From assembly GCF_001194135.2 (NCBI RefSeq), contig NC_068982.1, positions 165,541,612 to 165,605,611 on the forward strand: 64,000 nucleotides of DNA. The letters are read 5' to 3'. The position numbers were made by a program, and so were the translations under genes. Of the stretch, positions 53,290-64,000 are shown one piece after another. Source of the DNA: Octopus bimaculoides (Eukaryota). The notes beneath the pieces are model-generated. The model saw only the letters and a list, made by a program, of their open reading frames with translations, made no database searches and was not told the DNA's origin. Within the stretch, counting starts at the first letter, position 1; every line of letters starts with the position of its first letter.

Positions 53290-55165
53290 ATTACAAAAGA
53301 ATCTGCCTCGGTGCACGACAAGATAGGACTACTGTTTGAAGAAGACACATCACTGACTGCAGACCCCAGGAGTATAAGTGAAGTGCTAAATAAACAATCC
53401 CAAATTATCTTCAACTCTCCACTGGCAAATATGCAACAATATGCAAATAAGCATGCCTGATGAGTTCTTCGTTACTGCAGATCTACCTGGGCATGGGAAA
53501 GAGGCAACCATAGATTGCATCGACATAAAGGAGAAAGTAGTAAAATCGGATATCGATGAGATGAACGCAAACTCAGCATTGGGCTGATAAGGATTTTCGG
53601 CTATTGAAACACATGCAAGACTCGTCTCACAAAACTACTGCAAATATTTTTTCAGTGTTTCCTTGTATGTTACAATCTTTCCAAACTGTTAAGAAAAGGT
53701 ATCATATGCCTTATCCATAAAAGAGAAATCAGAGCGGATGCTAAAAATTATAAGCCTGTCTCTCTGACGTTGCCTGTTAGAAAGGCCATGGAACTCGTTC
53801 TCAGAGGTTGGCTGAACACGTTCCTGGAAGAAAATAACTGGATCACAATACGCCTTCCGTTCAGGGATGAGCTGCCCCACGCAACTACAAAAGCACTATG
53901 ACTGAGTACACAAACAAAAGCTCAACCGCTCAAATGTGGATGTAATATATCTCGACTTTGCAAGGGCCTTTGACATGTTGATCATGGGGTGCTATGTCAC
54001 AAACTGCGTGACACTGCTATCGTTGGGAAATTAGAAGAGTGTCTGCATGACGTTTTGAAAGACAGAAGCCAGAAGTAAAACACCTAATGGTACTCTCTCC
54101 AGGTAGTCCTCAATCCCTCATGGAACTGTACAAGGAACATTACTGTTTGTGGAGGCTTTCTCAGACATGCCCTCAGCAATACTGTCAGCAACTCTCAACC
54201 AGCTATGCTGATGATACAAAATATTACAGGCGGACCAAGGACCCTGATGATATCCTAAAATTTCAGAAAGATCTGAATGTAATATACAGGTGGGCTGATG
54301 AACATAACGGATAGTTCAATGCTGAACAGTTTTAAGTATTCCACAATGGGCCTACAAACTGATAACAACTGGAATACACAAGACCAGAGGATGGTGCAAT
54401 CCCAGATTTAGAACTGGGGCGTGACCTGGGAATCCGCATGAGTAAATGATGCAACATTCCATGTGCGTATTTCCAAGATGGTAACACTGTACAGGCGAGT
54501 AGCTAGATCGATTCTGGGTTCTTTCAGAACCAGGAGAAAGTGTACCACGCTCCTCTTGTGGAGAACCATCATGCTCAGTAGTCTGGATTACTGCTCCTAA
54601 TTATGGTCACCGCAGAGCATCGAATTGATGGCAGAACGCGTGACAATCCATTGCCACCACACAAAGGGGATTGACTCGGTGAAACACATGAACTACTGAG
54701 AAACACTAAAGGAACTGAAGCTCTAATCCCCAGAGAGAAGACGTGAAAGATATGCACTGATATACATATGGAAGATCCAGGAAGGTCTAGCTCCCAACTT
54801 TGGAAGCGAAAACTATACTAACCACCGAAAGGAACAGCATTGCATAGTACCAAAGATCCAATTTCTCCATCTAGAATAAGGATTTAGTACTATAACAGCT
54901 TGGGTTTAAATGGTCAATAACTATTCAACATTCAGCCAAACAGCCTCAGAGGTTTGCGAGGTGTAGATATGTAAGTCTTCAAAAACATCAGAACAAATTT
55001 TTATTTGGGATACCAGATATACTCACATCACAGCAGGAAGAAAAGTAACTCCGTTCAACTCGCTACTTCATCTGAAACAATACTGAAAAGAAACCTAGTG
55101 AACTGAAATGGAGTGCTCCAGCAAGGCCTCGGTCTTTGGTTGAAACCAAAACAGCAAATAAAAGC
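53290..55165 (+). mobile_element. Decayed CR1-group LINE: RT domain through 3' end
   Basis: NYKPVSLT, QYAFRSGMSC, NVDVIYLDFARAFD, SYADDTKY, DYCS*LWSP, RRERYALIYIWKI, NSLLHL; short 3' UTR. Confidence 0.85.
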
Positions 55166-56018
55166 ATTATATATGTATGTATGTATGTATGTATATTTCG
55201 TTCATTTCATAATTCTTACTTCAACAATATGCTTATATTGGAATACTTCTCATATATTATGTACTATTTGCAATCGCTACTATATTGATAGCTTAAATCA
55301 ATGACATTCTTGCTCGCAACCACGCCACAATCTTTGCGAGCTACACACATTGTACAAATTTCAAATAACTATTGCTTGACGATCACCCACAGACCTCGAA
55401 TGTTCAACTTTTACTTTGACTTTCCATCTCCAACTCTAATATCTACGATAGCATCCCGACACCACCAGCCATAAATCTAAATACGTAACGAGCTTGTATT
55501 CTTTCCTTTTAGAATCGTGACAAGCTCTAATATATCACCAGTGTGGTTAAAGCTGAATTTCGAATTTTGATAAGAGATAGCAAGACATGTCAGATGGGAT
55601 TCAGTTCAGGATTGTTAGTAGAACTGACGACACACACGAACATGCACACACACACACACACATACACACCATACACACACCACATGCCACCACACGCATA
55701 CACATACCCACATTAACAGACACTATACAGCACGGGAAAACTAGTCGAGATTAACAGGAAAACAATGTCAGGGTCAGGTTTCTTACAATATATCAGGCCC
55801 ATGTTACGAATATCTTTAAACGAAGTTGAATTTCCGATGGCTGACATTCTCCATCTTTCTGGTAACTTCATAAATACATATAATAGAACTGCATTAACTG
55901 ATAAGTCTTCACCCATGAACATACACACATATACACTCATGTGCATATTCACACACGAATACAGTTATCTAAATTCATGGCATTGGCGAATTTGAGTTAT
56001 TCCTCTTGGTTTATATTT

Positions 56019-56074
<56 letters not shown>

Positions 56075-58745
56075 TATATGTATGTATTATGTATATATGT
56101 ATGTATGTGTGTTTGTATTTATGTGTTATATGTGTGTAAATGTCTGTATATAATTATGGGTAAGCAAGTAGATGGTGTGACCTTTAAAACAGTTCCACAA
56201 TCACAGTCACACATACGTACACAGACACACGCACGCACATTAATACATATGCATACATCCAGATTATATCGGATATCTAGTGATTTACGAGCCAGTACTG
56301 CTGTGTATTTGCATTGCTTGTCTATACATAAATGTTCATGCGTATTAGTGTTTTTGTGTGAGTGCGTGTGTGTGTGCGTGCGTGCCTGCATAGATCACCA
56401 TTACAAAACAGTGATACAATGTTTTTCACTACAGTAAAAGAAATCCATGTCTACTGTCAGTACAGACTGACTCCTAGGTTGTTTCACTGATGTTACTAAA
56501 GTGATTTTATTGTTTCCTGTTCTTTGATTTGTTTAGCCAGTTGTCGAATTGCAGACATCCTGGTGCAGAGTGTTTGTGAGCATGAAAACGTTTACGGCGG
56601 ATGGCTATAATTAATAAAAGAAGAAACTGATATAGTAATATGTCAGTGATAATGCCGCTAGCTGAGTCAACTAAACATGGAATAATCAGATGAGCAGTCG
56701 GCACCACACTGCAACATCTCCCAGGCCAGGTTACGTAGCACTCAACAACTCAGTCACATAGTTGTGTAATGGTAGCTATCGTGATGATATAAATCAATTC
56801 AGCATTTGTGTAATACACTTTGACGAAAGAGATATCGTTTTGCACTCCTCTGTTCCTTTCTGTTTGCAAAGAAATGTAAATCTTCGTGACCGAAGGAGGA
56901 AGTTTAACTGTCATGTACTTAACAGTCTGACATCAGAGGAAATCACCAGTCTGTCGAATGAAACAACTTCCGATATTAATGGGATCGACTAAGTTATTTC
57001 TGCTTTAGCAATACTTTTTTATATATTGGTCAGAAGTAAAATCCAGTATCATGCATGAACTTTGCTGTACTTTCAGACTGGTGGGATTGATACAACCCAT
57101 TGCCCAACTCGAATATCTCTGAATTAAAATCTGCAAGGGAAAATAATCAGGACAGTAGCCTGAATGCTTGTAACCGAGTAGACAAGTAAAAGTACCCAGA
57201 TGTTGGTATCTAACTGGGTAGATAATTATGGTGTTGCTTATACACAATCAAGTCTTCAATTTTCAAACCTATGATCAAAAGCCTTCCTGCCATGAAATAG
57301 CATTTTTATATACATTGGCGGCTATTTCAAAGAAGGTTGAATATCCATGTAGAAGCTACCCCATAACAAAGGACTTCTTATAATGCGGCGATGATATGTC
57401 ATAAGGAGAGAACGAAAATAATTATTGGTCTTAATTTTTGTAAAGCACAGTAGCTTTCATTCCATATGCGTATCAGGTGATGACATCAGTTTTATCAAAG
57501 TTATTATTCAAGTTACTGAAATTAAATGATTTAAACCGGAAATTAAATGTATGACCCGCTTTCTCGACGGCCCTGATCAAAACTGAAACCTGTTTTTTTT
57601 TTTTTTTTTTTGTTAATTTGGTGCCTTGGGTGTTAAACCTTAAATTATGAATAAAGCAAAATTGTATTTTATAGCAATATAGAGGAAATATGTCAGAATT
57701 ACGTCAATTCAATATAGACTTTATTTAACTATTACAAAAACTATATGTGATACTTTATGGTGCCATATTAAATTTCGTTATTGAAATACCGGTGTGCATG
57801 TCATTTATAATGTATTTACAATAGTAGAACGGCGTTAGTTGCAAATTTTGTCTCAGGGCAATTTCTCTTTAAATATTTTGCAATGAAAGCAAGCATGCGT
57901 TGGATAAGGGTAGAGAAGGGTTGTGACACAGAGATCCTTTGTCTAAATTACATCACCTCAGTGACTGATCCCGCCACCTGCAGCCTTTCGGCTTCGACTA
58001 AAAAATGCAGGAATTTTACTTAATCCTGGCCAGTGTCCCCCATAAATTATCAAATGTTTACTTTGAAAAATACAATATAGGAATGGAAGTTTCTATGTAA
58101 GACGGAACGACTGGAGGTTTCCGTCCCCGAGGAAACAAATCTTAGTCGGAAACACCTGTGTCTGAAGGCCCTCCAGTGCTATTTGAAATATAGTCTGTAG
58201 TTAAAATACAAATTTTTAAAGAGAAATTTCTTTGAAGCATAATCCGACTGCTAACGCCTATGACTATATTATAAATGACATATATATAATGTTATTTTAA
58301 CAGAATACTGTTTCAAATGCATAAATGCATATATTTATTTCGCTTTTGATGGGGTTTATTAAAAACTATGCATAAAATCACAGTTAAGGGCAATTTCGTA
58401 ACCGTAGTAAATCATTAACGAATAGTAATATAGTAATACAAATATACTAATATTGTTAGAAACATCATAACGATTTTCACAATCAACCGTTTTATCAGCA
58501 ACGACGATATTGTCAGAGTTCTCACATTTTCAGGCATCGTACTTTCACTTTCTAGATGGACACATTATCACCATGATAATAATTACACGCTGACGCTACA
58601 ACAAAAGAAAAGCCCTCTTCAATAATATGTGTAATAGAGCAATCTAATTACATGAATTATAACTATGTTCTTCATGGATAACTCTCCAAAACCTGCGAAC
58701 GAAATTTTCATTGTTCTTAGTATATTCTTCATAATATGAATATAT

Positions 58746-58880
58746 TCAATTCCGTCGAGGTCGACTTTGCCTTTCATCCTTTCTGGTTGATAAATTAAGT
58801 ACCAGTTGCATACTGGGGTCGGTCTAATCGACTGGCTCTCTCCCCCAAAAATTCGAACCTTGTGCATGGACTAGAAAGGA
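58746..58880 (+). mobile_element. SINE family 2, 5'-truncated
   Basis: GAGGTCGACTTTGCCTTTCATCC...GATAAATTAAGTACCAG. Confidence 0.8.
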
Positions 58881-58898
58881 ATATAAATATATTGAGAA

Positions 58899-59113
58899 AG
58901 ACGGCAAGCTAGCAGACTCGTTAGCACGCTGGGCGAAATGCTCAGCGGCGTTTCGTCTATCTTCATGTTCTGAGTTGAAACTCCACCGATGTCCACTTTG
59001 CCTTTCATCCCTTTAGGGGTTCCATAAAATAAATACCAGTTGAGTATTATAGTCGATGTATTCGACATATCAACTCACACAAAATTGCTGGCCTTGGGTC
59101 AAATTTTGAAAGC
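58899..59113 (+). mobile_element. SINE family 2, diverged full length
   Basis: GGCAAGCTAGCAGA...CTTTGCCTTTCATCC...GCTGGCCTTG. Confidence 0.8.
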
Positions 59114-59506
59114 AACATTAATATCCTGTATTAATTTTCTAAAATGATCGAGGTAAGTATCACACAGGGACTCGGATGACTAAAGTTTACCCCCAAAATG
59201 ATAAAATAATCGAATTTATGATGTCGTATCAAGGATAATATATTTTTACCCTCGTACATATTATTGTATTATATAAGAATTATACTCCATACCACTTACT
59301 CTTTCAGCCTCTCATCTGCATACCCACCTTTCTCTCCCTCCCTCTCCGTCTCCATCTTCCTCCCTCTCTATCTTTCTCTCTACCTCTTTCTGCATTCCTT
59401 TCTTATTCCCTGATGAGACATTAGCAATAATATATTCATAGAACAATGAAAGTTGCGCGATATTTCTACAAACATAGACACACACATGCACACACACACA
59501 CACACA

Positions 59507-59687
59507 TTCTTTTCTACTCTAGGCACAAGGCTCGAAATTTCGGGGGAGAGGGCTAGTCGATTAGATCGACCCCATCACGCACTTGACACTTAATCTATCG
59601 ACCCCGAAAGGATGAAAGGCAAAATCGACCTCAGAGGAATTTGAACTCAGAACGTAAAAAGAGACGAAACACTGCTAAGCATTCCGC
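59507..59687 (-). mobile_element. SINE family 2 (interrupted copy, 3' part)
   Basis: Reverse complement of body and tail; continues at 60078-60113. Confidence 0.85.
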
Positions 59688-60077
59688 GGCGATGAGCTGG
59701 CAGAAACGTTATCGCGCCGGGCGAAATGCTTAGNNNNNNNNNNNNNNNNNNNNNNNNNNNNNNNNNNNNNNNNNNNNNNNNNNNNNNNNNNNNNNNNNNN
59801 NNNNNNNNNNNNNNNNNNNNNNNNNNNNNNNNNNNNNNNNNNNNNNNNNNNNNNNNNNNNNNNNNNNNNNNNNNNNNNNNNNNNNNNNNNNNNNNNNNNN
59901 NTCTTTACGTTCTGAGTTCAAATTCCGCCGAGGTCGACTTTGCCTTTCATCCTTTCGGGGTCGATTAAATAAGTACCAGTTACGCACTGGGGTCGATGTA
60001 ATAGACTTAATCAGTTTGTATGTCCTTGTTTGTCCCCTCTGTGCGTATCCCCTTGTGGGTGGTAAAGAAATAAGAAT
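59688..60077 (+). mobile_element. SINE family 2 inserted into another SINE, 18-bp TSD (gap inside)
   Basis: CACTGCTAAGCATTCCGC at 59670-59687 and 60078-60095. Confidence 0.9.
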
Positions 60078-60113
60078 CACTGCTAAGCATTCCGCCCGGC
60101 GTTCTAACGTTTC

Positions 60114-60347
60114 TTATTTCTTTATTGCCCACAAGGGGCTAAACATAGAGGGGACAAACAAGGATAGACAAAGGGATTAAGTCGATTACATCGACCCCAG
60201 TGCGTAAATGGTACTTAATTTATCCACCCCGAAAGGATGAAAGGCAAAGTCGACCTCGGCGGAATTTGAACTCAAAACGTAACGGCAGACGAAATACCGC
60301 TGAGCATTTCGTCCGGCGTGCCAACGTTTCTGCCAGCTCACCGCCTT
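60114..60347 (-). mobile_element. SINE family 2, full length, young
   Basis: Reverse complement from TTATTTCTTTATTGCCC to GCTCACCGCCTT. Confidence 0.9.
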
Positions 60348-60554
60348 GGAACACTTGCATATTATAAGAGTCATGGTAGTGCAGGATGTTATGTAGGAAA
60401 ATAAAATATGGAGTATTATGCAATAATGTTCTTATTGATTCCAAAACAGAAAAGTTACGAAGAAAGACTTGTACCACAAGATGACGTTAGTTTCAAATTT
60501 TAGAACGAAGTCAGCAATTTAGGAATAGAAGTTCAGTCAAAATACATAAACTCG

Positions 60555-60640
60555 AGTGCTCAACTGGTACGTATTTTATGACCCTGGAAAGATGTAAGGC
60601 AAATCGACCTCGGTGGTATTTGTTCTCAGAACGTAAAAGG
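60555..60640 (-). mobile_element. SINE family 2 fragment
   Basis: AACTGGTAC...AAGGCAAATCGACCTCGG...CTCAGAACGTAA. Confidence 0.65.
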
Positions 60641-61465
60641 GGTATATCTGTTTCGTTTCAAGAAATTTAACAAAATTTAGCATCTGGGTGAGATATATCA
60701 TTTCTGAAAGATATGTCAGCGAGTCATTGGATGATATTTGCAGCAACGCACTTTCTTCGGTGATATTTGAACGCATAACGTATCTACGCAAAGTAACCGC
60801 ACCAACGCCAGTTCTCAAGCGGTGGAGAGGAACAAACATAGATACGAAGTCACACACACACACAAATACACATGCATAAACACACACACATACAAATACA
60901 CACATACACACACACACACATACACACTACAAGATGCAATTTACAATCAGTAAACAGACATAAGTCTGTTATCAATTATATTGTCGTATATCTTAAAGAC
61001 ATTGCCAAAAATGTTGTATATATCTTAACAATAAAGAGTTCGATAAGTATAAAATAATTTCATCTTTAGTGNNNNNNNNNNNNNNNNNNNNNNNNNNNNN
61101 NNNNNNNNNNNNNNNNNNNNNNNNNNNNNNNNNNNNNNNNNNNNNNNNNNNNNNNNNNNNNNNNNNNNNNNNNNNNNNNNNNNNNNNNNNNNNNNNNNNN
61201 NNNNNNNNNNNNNNNNNNNNNNNNNNNNNNNNNNNNNNNNNNNNNNNNNNNNNNNNNNNNNNNNNNNNNNNNNNNNNNNNNNNNNNNNNNNNNNNNNNNN
61301 NNNNNNNNNNNNNNNNNNNNNNNNNNNNNNNNNNNNNNNNNNNNNNNNNNNNNNNNNNNNNNNNNNNNNNNNNNNNNNNNNNNNNNNNNNNNNNNNNNNN
61401 NNNNNNNNNNNNNNNNNNNNNNNNNNNNNNNNNNNNNNNNNNNNNNNNNNNNNNNNNNNNNNNNN

Positions 61466-61517
<52 letters not shown>

Positions 61518-61863
61518 CGTATTGCGTATTTGAGAATATTCCTCCCTATCAATCATCAATTATGTATCTTTACCTCAAAACTTTTTATCTCTGCTCTGCA
61601 AATGAATCCCACTTCGCTTAATTTAGATACATACGGAAACACGCACACGTACATACGCACAAACATTTATGCACACGTATACACACACACACACACACAC
61701 ACACATGTTCTGGCAGAGCTATGACAGCAGAAACAATGTAAATATTTTGAATTCCATTATTGATTTGAATATGTTAAAGAGTTGCTTTTATCCCTTATGT
61801 TTTAAGTCTATGTGGTCATCTGACGAGAATGTTTTCTTTCAAATGATGTAATGTTTTCATTAA

Positions 61864-62982
61864 TCAATTAAGGGAGTCGCTATTGGCGACGTCCACTCGA
61901 ATAGCTTCCTTCAAATCGTCCAATGTACGGATTTTATGCGTATACACACGTGTCCTGAGGTTTCTCCTCAAGAAATAATCACATATGGAGAAATCAGGGG
62001 ACTGACGGGGCCAAGCAATTTCAACAATCCTGGTAATAAGGCGATCACCGAAGGGAGGGCGAAGAACGTCCATTGATGGTCCGACTGTGCGGTCGATCGC
62101 CTCATCCTGTTGAAGCTATCCATGTGGAATAGGCATACGTTTTCGTCATAATTCAGTCACAAAGAAGTTGTTTATCATCTCGATGTAACATTCTAGTTCA
62201 CATTAACAGCATTTTCATTATTGTCTGCAAAAAAGTAAGGACCTATGACGCCAACTTTTCCACTAGCACAACAGACCGTCAATTTTGAGCTGTGAAGTGG
62301 TCTTTCGTGCGGTTCTCTCTGATTTTCAAGAGCCCAATAACTACAGTTCTGTTGATCCACCATACCATGGAGATGAAAATGAGTTTCATCACACATTAAC
62401 AAAATGATGTTGTCATATGCCTCAAAAATTGCTTCCATCTGACGTGCAAAGTTAAGCAGCTGTGCATAGTCCCGTGGTTTCAACTGTTGCCGAATGACCA
62501 ATTTGTCCGAGTGGAAATGCAGGTTTTCGTGCAAAATGCGCCTTATCCATTGATTACCGATGCCAGGTTCAGTGGAACGCCTCCCAGCAGAGCGAATCGG
62601 ACTCCTTATCAAAGCTTTTCCTGTGTCCGTAACGTTCGTGGTGCCCCCACCGGTTTCCTATTCATTAGTGTACCTTGTGTACAAAGTGCATTCCCCTAAC
62701 GTAAGATTGTATTACGGGTGGGAACAGCCTGATTTTGGTGAATGTTGAAGTGGCACCGAAACTCACGCTGAACTGTTGTGACAGACTCGTTATTCTTCAC
62801 CTAACTCTCGCAAGCAAACACGCGATACTCTATCGTCCACAGCGACATGGCTTCACCTGGAAAAAAAAATAATGCTAAGACACCACGGACCGAAAGGTAC
62901 CTGTGGGACAGATTACTCTTCACCTGGGGTTGAGTAATAGCCATTTGAAAACCGTCCGTACTCTCTACAGTACCCTGTATAT
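61864..62982 (-). mobile_element. Tc1/mariner-superfamily (DDxD) transposase remnant, near full coding length, 3' end missing
   Basis: MSLWTIEYRVFACES..., LLMCDETHFHLHG...NCSYW...VIGPYFF, AWPRQSPDFSICDYFL; TA-CAGGGT terminus near 62982. Confidence 0.85.
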
Positions 62983-63399
62983 ATAGCACTATTCTAACAA
63001 AGGAGACAGACTACCTCCCTACGACAAGCGAGTTAGAGTAGAAAAGTGCTCTAACGTGACTAGGAGTTGTTTTGACTCTTATTTCTAGCAATGCTGGTGC
63101 CTACCATCACCCGCCGTCACTTTTGCGACGACTGTACTTCTTGCCTATTGGTTCTAAATTGCGGATAGCCACCATAGTAATTTTATATGTATTTCCAGAT
63201 TATCTTTGCAATTTCGGCTGGTTATACTCGAGATTGCTCCAATCTGGCCAGCCCCAAGGAAAAACTCAGCTGAGAGTATTAGATCCATTAGAAGAAATCA
63301 GTGAATGTATACGAAAACAAGGACAGAAGAAAACGGAGAATGTTACACAAATACAAATAACATAACAATAAGTGTCTTTCGACTAAGGTCATATATATT

Positions 63400-63452
<53 letters not shown>

Positions 63453-63804
63453 GGGTGTGCGCGCGTGTATACGGTTAATGAGAGATGGAAGATACGAGAA
63501 TTTTTACTAACCACTTGAACTCTTTCTACGCATCTGGCATCGATCCCTCACGGGTGAGATAATTAGGTTTCTGCTGTTCTTAATACGAAGTGAGAAGATA
63601 TCTTGCGGAACTGTTTTTTTAACGAGTTATATCTATTTATCAGCCAAAGAGACAATCTACACCGTCGGTTCTCTTGAACCAGTTGTTAAATATCCAAGTC
63701 ATGAGGGATCGATGCTAGATAGGTCGAAACAATTATAATGATTATTAAAATTCTTCTATCTTATATATTCCATATCTCTCAGACAAAGAAAGAGACCTCG
63801 ATAT

Positions 63805-64000
63805 TATGTAAATAGAGGAATTTATCTGTAAAAAATATGTGACACTTATTCAGTAGCCATGATAAAACTCCGAGTTTCGGAACCCACGCCAACATCACTT
63901 CAGTTATCCGGCCATTAAACATTCCTGTGAAAAATGACCGTTAAACAAAGGGAAATTACTGTCTTGTTGACCGCTATTAAGATAAAGAGCTAATAGACCA
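63805..64000 (-). repeat. Copy 2 of the hammerhead-bearing dispersed repeat (runs off window end)
   Basis: Homologous to 26605-26785; core reads CTGAAGT and the 3' arm of stem II is deleted. Confidence 0.8.

Overview
AT-rich, repeat-dense animal genomic DNA from a gapped short-read assembly (about 14 N-gaps, most next to (TA)n/(CA)n runs). The two dominant tRNA-derived SINE families and the simple-repeat style point to an octopus genome; this is recognition from memory, not a database match. No host protein-coding gene can be confidently identified, and most long ORFs in the track are microsatellite or N-run artefacts. The window holds: a stack of R4/Dong-type (REL-endonuclease) LINE 3' fragments plus a Tx1/L1 fragment (1-4.1 kb); an RTE-type 3' end with three C2H2 fingers; three Tc1/mariner remnants; a complete but decayed Chapaev3-type transposon with TIRs and a TAA TSD; CR1-type, RTE and Penelope-like remnants; an ORF1-only L1/Tx1-like element; and at least 15 SINE copies, several in inverted or nested arrangements. 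The most notable signals are a type I hammerhead-ribozyme-like motif in a dispersed repeat present twice (26.67 kb, 63.9 kb), long inverted SINE hairpins, and a CR1 3' end matching the SINE tail.
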